Of a stretch of DNA of 64,000 nt, positions 27,244 through 44,463 are shown piece by piece. The position numbers and the translations under genes were made by a program. How positions within the stretch are numbered: the first letter of the stretch is position 1; every line of letters begins with the position of its first letter. Location of the stretch: assembly GCF_011386835.1 (NCBI RefSeq), contig NC_088802.1:13516001-13580000 (forward strand). The letters are read 5' to 3'. The stretch is from Chrysemys picta bellii. Its lineage: Eukaryota. The notes beneath the pieces are model-generated. The model saw nothing but the letters and a program-made list of their open reading frames with translations. It did no database searches and was not told where the DNA came from.

Positions 27244-29560
27244 CAGAGACACATCAAAATCATAATTTATTTATCGCTAGCTAGTTAAGTCTGCTACTGT
27301 GAAAAATTATATTTGTATGTTTGTTCATATTTTTCACAGCCTCTCAGCTAGCTACTTCGGTTGCCAACTTGGTAATTAAAAAAAAAACGGACACTCCAGC
27401 AGGAGTGCTGGAACCTCCCCTGCCCCATCTCTTTCCCCTGAGATCCCACTCCTGCCCCACTCTTCCCCCCGAGGCCCTGCCCCAACTCTACCTCTTCCCC
27501 AAGGTTCTGCCCTTCCCCCATCAACTCCTCTTCTCCCCCTCCCTGCCTGGGTCAGGAGGGACTTGCCTGTGGAGCTAGGGCTGGGAATTGCAGCTGCCCA
27601 ATGCAGGTAGGAGGCAGCCCCAGTTGAGTAGGGTCTGGTGTGAGTGATGACCCAGTGCCTCCCCTCCTCCCCCACCCACAGTAACTAGACTTTGGTTGTC
27701 CAGTCAGTAGATCTGACCGCAAACTGTTAGGTCCCCTTTTTGACTAGACTTTCTGGTCGAAAACTGGGTACTTGGCCACCCTAGCAGCACCCAATGTGCA
27801 GTAAGTGCTGGGAACGCATCGGGGACAACTTCTGCTTTCTGATGGTGGGGGAAGTAACTAGGGGCAGCCAAGTTAGACTCAGTTCTGGCCAGCAGGGAGG
27901 AATTCATTGGTCTAAATGAAATTACTATAAGGTGGGTGCACAACTGGTTGAAAGACTGTACTCAGGGTAGCTTTCAATAATCTGGTGTTAAATCGTGAGG
28001 GGAACGCTGGGTGTACAAGAAGCCCCAGGTGGCTTTCCCTGCTCTTTGCAGGGAATGGGGAGTGGAGAGGGGTGAAGCCCACCCAGAGCTTGTGGGGCAG
28101 TCAGGCTCCTAGGAAGGAGCTGCCGCTGGAGCTGAGAGACTGGGCTCTCAGCTCCCCACACTGCCCCTCTTAGGTCGGTGGAAGTGCTCCTGGTGAGGAC
28201 GCGCCCCACCGACCCAAGGAGGGTAGTGTGGACATCGGCTACCGCAGTAATTACTGTGGTGGCTGTAAGTCAACCTAATATACGTGGATTTTGGCTTGGC
28301 ATGTAGACTCACACAGAGGATGGGCTCCTGACTCCCTTATTGGCCAGACTGCCCTGCTAACGAGGCTGACCAAGAGTGTTAGCCTCTCCCCATTGGCCCT
28401 GGGGATTAGTCTCAAGGTATTTATTTCTCATTGGCCCTTCCCCTTTCTTTTGGGAGAGGGTCAACCAAAGCTTCCCTCCCCCATTAAATTTCAGTGAAGG
28501 GTCAACAATCCCCTTACCCATAGACACATCAAAATCATTGTAATTTATTTATTGTTAGCTAGTAGCTCTGCTGCTGTTAAAAGTGATATTTGTATGTTGG
28601 TTAATATTTTCCACAGCCTCTGACCTAGCAACTTGGGTTGCCAACCAGGTAATATTTTAAAACCAGACACTACAGCAGGAGTGCCAGAACCTCTCCTGCC
28701 CTGCTTCTTCTCCCCAAGGTCCCACCCCTGCCACTCCTAGTCTCCCCAAGGCCCTGCCTCTTCCCCCAAGGCTCTGACCCCATCCACTCCTCTTCCCATC
28801 CTCCCTGCCCTGGGTCAGGAGGGATTTGCCTGTGGAGCTGGGGCTGGGAGCTGCAGCCGCCCAATGCAGGTAGGGGGCAGCTCTGGCTGAGTAGGGGCTG
28901 GTGAAGGTGATGACCCAGTGCCTCCCCACCCACAGTAATTCAACTTTGGGTGTTCGGTCAGTAGATCTGACCAGACATTGTCAAGTCCCCTTTTCGACTA
29001 GCCACCCTAACAGCACCCAATGTGCAATAAGTGCTGGAAACACGTCAGGGACAACTTTTGCTTTCCGATGATGGAGGAGGTAACTAGGGGGCAGGTGGGT
29101 TAGACTCAGTTCTGATCATCAGGGAGGAATTCGTTGGTGTAGATGAAATTAGTGTAAGGTGGGTGCACAACTAAAGACTGCACTCAGAGTAGTTATCTAT
29201 GGTCTGGTGTCAAACTGGGAGGAGAATGGTACGATGGGGAGAGGGGGACAGAAGCCCAAGGTGGCCTCCCTCACTCTTTATGAGGAAGAGGGAGTGGAGG
29301 GGGGCAGGCCAGGGAGGGAACAGGGCCTAGATGGGGGGCAGCTCACACAGAACTTGTAGGGCAGCCATATTCCTGGGAGAGAGCTGCTGCTGGAGTTGAG
29401 AGACCGGGCTCTCAGCTCCCCACACTGCCCCTCTTAGGTCGGTGGAAGTGCTCCTGGTTAGGACGCGCCCCACCGATCCAAGAAGAATAGTGTGGACATA
29501 GTCTACCGCAGTCATTACTGGAGTGGTTACAAGTCAACCTAACACAGGTCAGCTTAAGTT
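27030..29560. repeat. Old ~1.25-kb tandem duplication of composite TE debris
   Basis: 27030-28290 and 28305-29560 show the same order: LTR end, Charlie part, GGTTGCCAAC-type element, CR1 RT fragment, Harbinger fragment. About 80% identical by eye. Confidence 0.8.
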
Positions 29561-30462
29561 TGGAGTGTTGACGTACCCTTACAAGCAAAAGGAATTTCTC
29601 TCACCCAAAAGCTTTCAGCAGTCCGTGCTCACTGGAAAGCCTTCCAACTAGGACTACTCTCCCGAGTTCAATGATGCTCCTGTTGTATTTCAAGTGATCT
29701 TGCTACTGTAAGTAGAGATAGGGGAGCAGAGGTGGCCAGAGGCCTTTTTCCCCCCCTTCTTATACTCAGACCCTTTATAATGGAAAAGTCTTTGCTGAGT
29801 CATGGAGTCAGGCAATTCCATGGCCTATGTGAGCTTCAAACTGTCCTTCAGATGAACTGTAAATGTCTTTGTTTATCCTCTTCTTCCTATTGGTCGACGG
29901 CCAGATGATAGCTTTCTAACACCGCCTGTCGGTCCTTTGTCGTCTCTGAGGAGTTAGTCTGTGGGCGTTCCCCAGAACGATGACATATTTCAGTAACAAA
30001 TAGGGTTACCATACATCTGGGTTTTCCCAGACAGAGCCTCTTTTATGAGCCTGCTTTCTCTGTCTGAGCGGGGTTTTCCCATAACAGCAAATGTTGGGGG
30101 GTTTTGCAGAGCAGACAGACTGCAGCTCAGAAACAGCCCTGATTGGTCACCTTCCCAATTGGTCCATTCCCCTGCATCCACAGCTGATAGATTGCTGCCA
30201 GATCCCACCCACCCAGGGGAAGGGGTCCCACACGTAGGCCCTGACTGATGCCTGTTGTTGCGTTCTGGGCTTGTGCCAGCACCCTGCCACTGTGACAGCA
30301 ACCGACACTGCCTTCACCTCATGAATACCCCCACCGCACCCCCCCCCAGCTCCCTACCCCTCAGTGTCCTCTTTTTGGGGACCTTGAATATGGTCACTCT
30401 AGTAACAAACATATAGTAACATTTCACCATTCTACATGCAGTGGTGTTACACACATTTCAAT

Positions 30463-30506
30463 AAAAAGAACAGGAGTACTTGTGGCACCTTAGAGACTAA
30501 CAAATC
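30463..30506. mobile_element. Penelope-like terminal fragment
   Basis: AAAAAGAACAGGAGTACTTGTGGCACCTTAGAGACTAACAAATC matches the recalled end of an abundant turtle Penelope family. Confidence 0.65.
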
Positions 30507-30684
30507 AGTTTTCCAATTGATTCTTCACCGGGTACTCTTTATATACAATATATCATAACCGACTTGAAGTGGTTAACATGAGGTACAGGGGGTTAGTCAC
30601 AAGAGAGATGCAGTGGCGGGTGAATGGAGCACAGACAGTCTCTCTTGTCTCCACGCAGGACACTGCAGTAGATGGGGAGGGGGT

Positions 30685-31939
30685 TGTGACAGGTTTCTCC
30701 TAGGGTGCCATCTAGAACTGGGGTACCACTAAGCCACTCTATGCAACCAGCCTGTGCTCCCTATACACTGTACTACTGTGATCAGCCTGCCAGGCCCTCT
30801 CCCAGGCGTCACACATACAGGTAGGGACACACCCAGCTGAGTTCATACAGACTCTAATCAGCTCTGCATGGGAAGGCACAGCTAAGGCACCAGAGAGTTC
30901 CTAAGCCACGCACCCCATTCTGGAGTTGAAACCCAAAATTATACCATCCTGCGTTGCACAGGGAACTGTACAGTGTAAGCTCCTGAAATTCGCCCCCTCC
31001 CTCAATGTGGAGAGGAATATACAACAGCTTTCTGCCCCAAGTTATGTCTTCCCCACACACTGGTTTTAGATAAAGCAAAACCAAGTTTATTAACTACAAA
31101 AGATAGATTTTAAGGGATAGCAAACAGCTCAAAGCAGATTACCTAGTAAATAAACAAAACACAATCTAAGCTTAATATACTAAAGAGATTGGATATGAAT
31201 AGCAACTTCTCACCCTAAATGATGATTTAAGCTGGTTTCAGGGATTCTTAAGGGGCAAGCTGCACTTGTTTGCAGCTTAAAATCCCCAGGTATTCCTTTC
31301 ACAGGCTAGAAACCCCTCTAGCCTGGGTTCAGCACTTCCCCCCAGTTCAGTCCTTGTTCCTTAGGTGTTTCCCAGATTCTCCTTTGGGCAGGGGGTAAGG
31401 GAAGAACCATGATGATGTCACTCTCCTGCATATGGTGGGAACCCTTTGTTGCCAAGCTTGGTTCCCACGCCTTTCAGTGGAAACGCACTGGTTTTCCAAG
31501 ATGGAGTCCAGTACTAGGTGATCTGGTCACATGACCCTATAGCATCACAGCAGCCATGACTTGGAGGTGGTTTGTAGCTTCCTCAGGAAGGCTCCCTGGT
31601 GGGAGATTAGCTTTGTTGAAGACCTATTGTTCTCCCTAATGGCCCTTCCCAGCCAGCCATTTAGACTGACAATCTTTTGCTTAGTGGGCGTTCCCCAGGT
31701 GTAAACACATTTGTAATACAGATACACAGTCAATATTCCTAACTTTAGATACAAAAATGATACACACCTACAAATAGGATAATCATATTCATAGGTTCAT
31801 ACAAATAGGATAATCATATTCAGTGAATCATAACCTTTTCAATATCTCACATGACCTATCGTGTATAAAATACATCATAGTTATGCCACAACCATATCAT
31901 AATAGTATTTCTATGAGGAATATGGGATGCAGTGGCACA
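30685..31939. mobile_element. Gypsy-type solo LTR
   Basis: TGTGACA...GTGGCACA ends. It interrupts GATGGGGAGGGGGT|GACC, which is contiguous in the gene 1 flank (2625-2640). TSD only partly kept. Confidence 0.8.
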
Positions 31940-33424
31940 GTGACCAACTGCGCTGTCAGGTTCCCCATCTCCCTCTGGCCTCCATGCTGGGTGTTGGCCT
32001 GGCTTCAAGGCTGGCCCGGGTCTGTTGACATCCCTGGCTCTCTTCTTGCCTGCACTCAACCTCGGCATCTTTGCAATAGGGAGATGCTGCACCTCCTCCA
32101 TCATTCTTTTTGGGATGTTGTTCACGGCCCTTTAGAGCTCAGGCGCAACTTCACACGACACTCACAGTCCAATTCTAGTTTCTCTCTGGCACTGGTGCAG
32201 CGAGTTCACAGTTCTGAGCTTCAGCCATCTACCTCTGAGGAGCAAACCCAGCAGTTTCCCAGCTCTGTTCCCCCCACCTTCTCTGGCTCCCGATGGTATC
32301 TCACATCTCTGCAGGGATCAGGCAGTAACTTCATTCCCCGTTTCAGTCTCAGCCTCTCGCAGTGTGACTTTAGCTCGCACCATCAGTGTTTGTGCTGAGA
32401 GATACTGACCACTGTCATTGTTCAAACCACACACAAAAATCTCATGACAAAGGGTTAGATAAAGATTAGAATAACAGCTAAAAAAGGACGATTTTGGCAA
32501 ATGACCATTTGTCTCATGAATTCCTCAACAAATCTGAGCTACATCCTGTCAAACTAAACCAATATCGAAGTATGTGACCTAACGACCTTCACGAAGAGAG
32601 AAAAACCCACAGTCTAGGGTGGCCTATAAAACACTTCCACATTCATAAAGTGAAATCTCAGAGAATCCTTTAAGACTCAAAATCAGGGAGGAAAATGGTA
32701 CCTATTTTCTTCTGAAGTGGCTAAAAGGGCTTCATTTCTCACCTCATTATTTGGTTGTATTAGTTGCAAAAGTTTTAGCATCAATATAATTAAAGAATGA
32801 GAAAAAAATATAAAAAAACCTTCCCATCTACAAATGATCTGGATTAGCCTAGAAAAAGTCAGGAAGCAATTTTACCAATAGATGGAAACAGGGCTATACG
32901 TTCTGAAAGGTCAAATTGTGCTTTGAGGCTCATTGGGGTTTCCCCGCCCACTCCCAGGTGTGTGACACTTCCTTCTCCAGCACTCAGGAGTCTGACTTAA
33001 GATCATAGACATCAAAACTGTGATTCCTAAACATGGAGAGCCAGGGACACGGTGGTAAGTGACACCTCGGAAGGTGGAGGGTTAGGATGCAGACAGGATA
33101 AAACTCTCCATCACTTGGACAGAGGCTGCTCTATCGAGAGTGGAGCGTGATGGTGCTGGGGGAAGGAGGAAATCCCTCAGACTCACCCCATTGCCCTAAA
33201 TTAGCACAGAAGTTAAAACGCCACCTTTTACTGTCCCTGCTCCCACTTTTTTAGCATCTAGTTAATTCTGGTCCATAAGGGAGAAAATGGACAAACACCT
33301 AAATGCTTTTCAGCACAGCCTGGAGTAATGTGAGACTATCTGGGAATGAGACAATCCAGCCCCAAAGGGGGAACTCGGGGACTAATGATCACCCTGTGAA
33401 TGGGAGGGGGTCAGAACACGTAAG

Positions 33425-33927
33425 TAAAGGTTACGATCTTGTTATGGATTCGCAGAAGTCACGGAGTCTGTGACTTCCAGAGATCTCTGTGACTTCAGCC
33501 CATGACGGCTTGGAGCTGCAGGGTCCTCCTGTCACCCATGGCAGCCGAGAGTTGCCCCCCAGAGCTCTGAGCTGCTGCAGGCTGTGTGGGTATCCCACAG
33601 CTCCCGACCGTCGTGGGTGGCCCCCAGGGCTTTGAGTCACTGTGGGTAGCTGGGGCCCCCCACCGCTCCCGGATGCCACAGGCAGCGGGGGGGCCAGGAG
33701 CTTTGAGCCGTGAACAGTGCGGGGACCTCAGAGCTCCCAGACAGAGCCCTCGCGAGATCCTAGAGCCCCAGCAGCAATGGGTGCTGGAGCCTTCTCCCTC
33801 CCCATTTTGTCATGGATATTATTAGTAAAATTCCTGGACAGGTCACAGGCTTCCGTGAATATTTCTTATTGCCTATCACCTGTCCATGACTTTTAGTAAA
33901 AATATCCATGACAAAATATTAGACTTA
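33425..33927. mobile_element. Non-autonomous hAT-like element
   Basis: Ends TAAAGGTTACGAT / AATATTAGACTTA with degenerate 8-bp TSD CACGTAAG / CACATAAA. Subterminal hairpin 33808-33914. Confidence 0.6.
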
Positions 33928-35063
33928 CACATAAAATGCTCAGGGTGAGTTTACACTAGGGAATCTGGTGCAGGGTCACAAAGATGAGCTGGCTGATCCT
34001 GACCATGATTCCTACCATAGACAGACGCTCGGAGGCTGATGCTGCGGAGGCAGAGGTGGGATTTCCAGGCCTCCCACAAAAGGCCCTGTGGGAATCAGCC
34101 CCTCTCAGTGGTGCTGTCTGAATGCAGAGGGGGCAGGGAGAAGGGGCAGAGGGGGTGAGTGAGGAGAGGCAGCACCTCTCTACCCCTGTGCTCTCCCTCG
34201 CCTCTTATCCTATCATCCCCAAACAGTCAATAGCCTCAGCACCCAGCTCCCCCTGCTTCCCAGCTCCCCCAGCCCCAGCCATTCAATCACGTTTCCTCCC
34301 CCTAACCTATTGGTCTGGTCCCTCAATATTTAATCCCCCGGAGCCCAGCGCCCTCGGGGATTTGGGGAGGGGAGGAGTTTCCTGCCCCCAGGTACACTCA
34401 CCCTGCAGGGAACAGCTCCAGGTAAGTGGGGGAGCCCAGCCCAGGGGTTGGTGGGGGATGGGGACAGGTGTCTGAAGTGAAGGTGGGGCCTGGCCCAAGT
34501 GTCCTTCTCCTCATCTCCATGGCAGGGGGATCCTGGCTGGGAGGGGAAGGGAGAGGGTGGAACTTTAGCCAGGCAGAGGGAGCATCTGGAGAAATTTCTT
34601 TCTTTCCTTTCCCCGACCTGTGGCCCATCAGGTCAGTGGCCAGGACTGCAGCAGGGAGGAGGGGCTGATGGGGGCTTGTTCTCCTCTGTCTGGGGAATCT
34701 GTCACTGACCAGCTGCTACTCGGCTGCTGGATCCTCGCCCCAGCGATGGGTAGATGGACCCTTGGGAGCCAAACACCCCTGATGTGTGTGGGAACGAGGA
34801 AACGGGTTTGTCACCACGGCCAGCTCCAGTCAGGGCCCTGAGAGAATTTTACTGCTGTGCGGAGGAGTCTCTGATGTCCAACATGGTGTTAGCTGCACTT
34901 GAAGCATTTTCCACACTGAGAACCTCTCAGATGTTTCTTCCCTGTGCGGATTTGCAGGTGCCGGATACTCCGGGAGCACCAAATGAAGCTTCCCCCACAT
35001 TCTTTTGTGTGGGTCACTGATGTGTGAAGTTAAATTGAATCTTTTCCTGCAGTCAAGCTATTC

Positions 35064-38407
<3,344 letters not shown>

Positions 38408-40243
38408 TTCCGTTCCCTGTCTCCTGGAATATGGGACGATCTGGAGTGAAATGTGGACGTGATTCCTCAGCCTGTCAGGGCAAGAGGGGCAATGGGGGAG
38501 GTTTCAGAAGGGGCTTGAGTCCATGTCACACCCCCTCTCCCTGCAGAGAGATGCCCCTTCTTCCCCTTAGACAGGCCTCCTCTCACCCGTCCCCACCCCT
38601 TGGGGCAGCTTCTCCCTCCAATTGCCCCACCTGAGGCAGGCCCCATGCCCCAAATTCAGTTCCCCACTGAAGCAAGCAACAGGTTGCTCGCTCCCACCCA
38701 CCTCTTCTGGGGAACTGCCTGGTAACATAAACATTTTTGGACTGTTTTGAACAAGAACCGAACACTGACTGGTAACAGAACTGTATTGGGGTGTCTTAAA
38801 CCAGAACTGAACACACCAACTGCCACTGAACCGAACCAAACCAAACCCCAATTCCACTCCTTGAGGCTCGCGGTGACTCTGGTTGGACACAGAATCCTGC
38901 CCCTGTTCAGTCCTGTCAGCCCAGGAGTCAGACCCCCCAAATGATGAGATTGTCTTTAAACACAAATATGAAATTGGGAGCAGGGTATGTGGGGGGAAGG
39001 GTTGTGGGTGGATATTTGCCTTGTAAATTCTTGGCCCACAGGGGAAGTCGCCTGCCCACCCCCTACCCTTAGGGTGACCACCTTTCAAAAGGAGAGCGCA
39101 CACGCAGGAGCCGCAACCCCCTCTGTGACCTCGCCCCTCCTCTCCCTCGAGGCCGGACCCCCTGCTTCTCCTCTTTACCCCTCAGAGCCTAGAGCCGGGC
39201 CATGGAATGATAAGAGCTGCTCAGGGAGCCCAAGCCACTACGGGGATCCCGGACCCACCTGTGCAGGGGGCTGGGATGTGAGAGAACATCCCCCAGACTG
39301 TATCCCCACCCCCCAGCGTGCACTGCCCAGGGTAGGTGGAGGCTCTGGGGCTCCTCAAAGCAGCCTGGGGTCCCTGGGTGGCTCTTGTTATGGCCTGACT
39401 CTGGTTTCTGGCCTGGCCAGGAGGCGGGGCCTCAGGGAAGGAAGAGGAGTAAGGGGCAAGGCCTCATAGCTCACCTCAGCCCTGCCAACGGGGAACAGGC
39501 TGGCGCTGCCCAAGCCTCGGGCAGGCGCAGAGCCCTGGCACCGGGAATCCGGGACAAATGGTGTCCCAGAGTCATTCAGCCCAGGACCGGGACTTGAACT
39601 CTGCACTTCAGGCCTGTCCTGCCCAAATCGGGACAGACGGTCACTCTGCCCACCCCACACTGCTGGTTTGGCCATTTCTAGGGAAACAAATCCCCACTGG
39701 CCGCTGGGCAGGGCAGCCCCCTCACCCTCTCTTACCCCATGGAGTGGGGGAACTTCCTTGTATCTCTCCAACCCCTCTGCTGTCTCCCTGCCCCCGGGCT
39801 CTCCCTTCCCCCACCAGTCTCCTCTAGCTCTCAGTCTCCCCCCAGCCTCCCTTCCCCACATCCCCCCTTTCCCTCGCAGTGACCCCCCCCCCACATCTTC
39901 CCTCCATTCCAGGCTCGTTCCCCTCAGCCCCATAATTCCCCCCACAACACCCCATCCTCCCTTCAGTGCAACCTGCCCCCCATCCCATCCTGGCCCCAAC
40001 CTCACACTTCCCTGTTCCCCCCTTGGCCACACACCCCGCCCCTCTTCAGCCCCCTCCCGGCTCCCCCGACGTGTGTCTGTCCCAGCCCCCAGCACGACTC
40101 CCCCCGCCCCGCACACACCGGGAGCTGGCGGCAGCTTTCCCGGGCCCAGGGCGGGAATCGCAGCCAGCTCCGCTGGGAGCAGCCTGGGGCCAAACCTCCC
40201 CCTGCAGCCCGGGGGTGACGGGGGGGGGGCGGGTCTCTCTCAC

Positions 40244-40560
40244 CTTCCCTCCGAGCGGGGCCCCCTGGGGCAGGGGCCGGGCCGGGAAGGGGCCTGGCCG
40301 GGCTGGGGGCTCTGCCCTGGGAGAGGCTCCTGGGGAGCAGCGGGAAGGGCCCTGCTGGAGATTCCCCTCTCCCGGCTGCAGCCAGGGCTCCGGGCTCCCA
40401 GCACCAGCCGCCGGGGCTCGGGGATCTCGCCAGGAGCCTGGAGCCAGAGTCACCGCAGCGGCTGCGAGTCACTTCCTGCTGCCGGGCCTGAGCCCAGCGA
40501 TCGCTCCCCCCAGAGCCGCCTCCCAGCTGCTCCTGGGTCCTAGTGATCAACGGAGCGACC
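40244..40560 (-). promoter_or_regulatory. CpG-rich promoter and non-coding exon 1 of gene 3
   Basis: ACTTCCTG at 40471-40478 and donor AAG|GTGAG at 40244/40243. About 99% identical to the gene 1 block. Confidence 0.7.
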
Positions 40561-41377
40561 TGCAGCCGCCTGCCCCAGACCCTGCCCCCTGGGGGCCCCA
40601 CCTCTCCTGGGCACGGGCAGCTTCTCCCAGCACTATGTAGGCATCCTACATAGAAGCCACAGGATCTATGGGGACAGAAAGGAGACGTGCAGATCCGGGG
40701 CGGAGGGAAAAGAGGGGTTTCTACGGAGATGGGGTTGATCCAGAGAATCCAGGGTAATGGGGAGTCAGGGAAGCTCTGGCAACAGACTGGCACAGGGAGC
40801 AGTTGGTCAGAGCTGGTCTCTTGTCTCCACACCACACTCACTGGCTACCAGCCCTGGACTGGAGCTACCAGCTCTGCTCCCCTCGCTCGGGTCATGGAGC
40901 TGTCAGAGCTTTGCCACTGGGTTCCTGTGGGTAATTGTTGGTTCAGATGAACCCGCCCCTGGGCTCTATTTAAACCCCCTCATGTCTGCCCCCGACCCAG
41001 GGATTCCCTCTGCCCATGTCCTGGCTGCCTCCCCCATGTGGGCACTGACTGCAGCTCCCTGTCGGGCACCTGGATGTCAGCAGCAAATCTCCTGTTGCTC
41101 TGGGTCAGGGACTGGTGCTCTGCCCACTCAGGATTGTCCCCTATTTCCCCCCTCATCGTTTTCTGATTGTCACCAAAATCATCCACCTTCTCCTGATGGC
41201 CACCTAGAAAATCCCCTGAAATGTTGGAATTGATCAGATGCAGCCATCAAAACAGACCAGTGCCACCGAGTTAAGTGCGCGCCCTCATTTTGCTAGGCCA
41301 AAAAGAAATCAAGATATTAGATAACACTCTTAGGCTATGGTTACTGATGCAGCCATGCCACTCTATGCTCTCTAGTG

Positions 41378-42213
41378 CAGGGGTTCTCACAAGTATGTGG
41401 TGACCTCTGAGCATGGCCATCAACTCCCACTGGTGGCCACTCTGACAATTTTTCCTAAAATACTTAATTCACTTTATGAAAAACAAATAAGTATGCACAT
41501 ATCCAGGTCCAAATCATTGTAGTTTATTTTGTAGGGGTTTTTTTAGAGAATAATACAATAATATACAGTTGAGTTGCCTCTATTCTTTACTGGACCTACA
41601 CAGAATAGAAACACAGTTTTTAAAAAGACTTGTTAGCTGGTAAGTCTGCTTCTGTGAAAAGTGATGTTTGCATGTTTGTTAATATCACGTTTCAGAGCAG
41701 CAGACTTGCTAGTGAGCTGGGAGGCAACAAAAAGTGATTAACAAACATACAAATATCAATTTTCACAGCAGACTTACTCAGACCAGCAGCTGGGGGACAA
41801 ATTAAGCCCCAGATGGGAAGTGGGTAGGGTGGCAGCGGGGGCCAGCAGCGATGGGGGTGGTGGTGAGCCCAGGGCCCAAAGCCCTGCAGCTGAGGTCTGG
41901 AGTCTGCTGCCGCATGGCCAGAGCCCGGGGCCAGAGGAGGCAGTGGGGGGCAGGGGCGATTGGGGGGGTGGGGTTGAGTCCGGGGCCAGAGCTGGAGCCT
42001 GCCACCCACCACCACAGGGCTAAAGCTGGAAACCCAAGCCCCACAGCCCCCAACAAGATGGGGAACTCACACTGGCTTCCTGCTCCTCCAGCATTTGTGG
42101 CTCCAGAAGGCTTTGCCCCCTCCCCCCACAAATTACCACCCAGGAGGCTGTGGCCCCAAGAAAAGCCCCTGGTCGCCGCATGCAGCCACGGTAGCCACAT
42201 TTGAGAAATGCTG
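41378..42213. mobile_element. hAT-Charlie-like non-autonomous element
   Basis: CAGGGGTTCTCAC / TTGAGAAATGCTG ends and a perfect 8-bp TSD CTCTAGTG (41370-41377, 42214-42221). Confidence 0.9.
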
Positions 42214-42993
42214 CTCTAGTGTACCCGCTCTAAGCCAGCGAGAGAGCTAATTAATCCACCCTCAACGAGTGGCAGCAGCTATGTCAGTGGGGGAGAAGTG
42301 CAAAAAAAAAATGCCCCCCAGGGCAGATTGACTCTCCTTCAGCAGGAGGCAGGCAAATGGGAAATGCCAGCCAGAGGGGATTTCCCTTGGAGATGAAACA
42401 TTTTCCCCACAGACCCCTAGAAGAGTCAGAAAAGCTGAAGAATTGGCAGCTCTGGTCTGAGCATGCACAGCACATATAATAGACCAGGGGAGGGTAAGTC
42501 TCCCCTGGCACAGCTGCCAATGTATGCCTTGGCTGTGGTGGTCCCACCTGCTTTCCGCCTCTTCCCCGAGCCCTCCACCACCCGCACTCTGTCTGGTGAG
42601 TCCCTCCTCTCCACTTCCCCACCCCCCCGGAGGTTCCCACCACTTGCTGGGCCCCTCTTTGGGGTGGCCTGATCAGGCGGCTCAGGGTGGCTCGGGCTGA
42701 TGCATGGGCCAGTGCTCCTCCAGCCGCGGTGTGTGGGCTCGGGGCTCCAGCAGATGAGGGGAGCTGGAAGGAGTGGGGTCTCAGGTGGAAGGGGTGAGGC
42801 CAGGGGGCTAGCGTCCCTGAAGGGGGGTTTCACCCGCCGCCCATGGGTATGACACTGACTCCTTCAGTGTTAACTGTAAAAGGGTGCATTCTTCTATGAG
42901 GGCAACGCCTATCAGGCCTGACAAACTCACTACTCCTCATGCATTGCTTTCATAGTATTTATCCACAATGGGTCATGGGAGGTTGCTAATTTA

Positions 42994-43260
42994 GGGCTTG
43001 TCTTCACTGGCACTTTACAGCACTGCAACTTTCTCATTCCGGGGTGTGAAAAAACACCCCCCTGAGCGCAGCAAATTTCAGTGTTGTAAAGTGCCAGTGT
43101 AGACAATGCACCAGTGCTGGGAGCATGGCTCCCAGCGCTGGTAGCTATGCCCCTCGTGGAGGTGGTTTTTTAGAGCACTGGGAGAGCTCTCTTCCAGCAC
43201 TCTGCCATGACTACACAGGGCACATTCAAGTGCTTTAACGTTGCTAGTATAGACTAGCCC
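42994..43260. mobile_element. Harbinger MITE
   Basis: TTA|GGGCTTGTCTTCACT ... AGTATAGACTAGCCC. Same family as 25854 and 50929. Absent from the gene 1 paralogous flank (~13880). Confidence 0.82.
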
Positions 43261-43400
43261 AAAGGCTCATGTCACACTGTTCCTCATGATCATGGCAAGA
43301 AGCACAGGCAGATGATCCTTAAGGAACTACATTTATATACCAGAATCTGTTTTAAAGTCTGAATCCAGACAGGGTTGACAAACCGGTTTTGCCAGACAAA

Positions 43401-44353
43401 GGACACGTCTAAACTTGCAAAGTTACAGCACCGGCAGTTACAGCGCCACTCAGAGAGCGCTGAAGGAGAACCGCTGTTGTGTGTTCACACTGACAGCTGC
43501 CTGCACAATAGCGTGTTCACACTTGCGGCGCTATTCGGAGCGGTGCACTCTGGGCAGCTATCCCACAGAGCGCCTCTTTCTCTTTTGCCACTAAGACTTG
43601 TGGGAAGGCAGAAGGGGTCGCGGGCAGTAGCATAGCTAGGGGGGTTCAGGGGAAGCAGACGCTTCCCCTCAGTTCATTTTTCAAAAGCAGTGCCTACCGG
43701 GCCGCCGCTGGGGTCCTGCAGGGAAGGGGGGGCAGCACGGTCGGACTCCGGAGGAGCCATTGGGGGGGCAGTGGGCATGGCCAGAGGAGCGAAGGGGCCG
43801 GCTCCTCGGCCATCACGCCCCACGTGGCCCCAACATTGCTGCAGTGGCCGCCTCCTGTGGCGGCTCAGGGCTCAGTGGCTGAGCGCTCCGCAGCTGGCGG
43901 GCAGATCCCCTCTCCCCGGCAGCTTCCTGCTTCTGGGCCGAGGGAAGCAGGAAGCTGCCGGGGAAAGGGTATCTGCCGCCAGCTGCGGAGCGCTCGGCCG
44001 CCGAGCCCTGAGCCGCCGCAGGAGGCGGCTGCACTGAGCGTGAGGCGCGATGGCTGAGGAGCCTGGCTGATTCGCTCCTCTGGCCATGTCCCTTCCCCCC
44101 CCAAATGGCTCCTCCGGAGTCCGACCGTGCTGCCCCCCCCTTGCCTGCGGGAGCCGGGCCACTTTTATTTACCTGCTGAAGCAGCAGATTCGGCCGATCG
44201 CGGCCCCCACTGGCCGCGGTTCGCCGTCTCGAGCCAATGGGGGCGGTGAGAAGCCACGGCCAGCACATCGCTCGCCCGCGCTGCTTCCTGCTGCCCCCAT
44301 TGCCCTGGGATGGTGAACCGCGGCCAGTGGGGACCGCGATCAGCCGTCCCCTG
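43401..44353. mobile_element. Harbinger left end (43401-43624) followed by GC-rich hAT-like fragments (43625-44353)
   Basis: GGACACGTCTAAACT start. CAGTAGCATAGCTAGGGGGGTTCAGGGGAAGCAG is the reverse complement of the 1950-1984 end. Internal palindrome 44185-44347. Confidence 0.55.
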
Positions 44354-44463
44354 ACATAATGAGTTCTTATGTATCACTCCCAACATGTTGAAGGGTTAAA
44401 TCCACATCACTTAGCTGAATGATGCCTAGGGAAAGCATATAACAGCCCAGGTTACACCACAGA

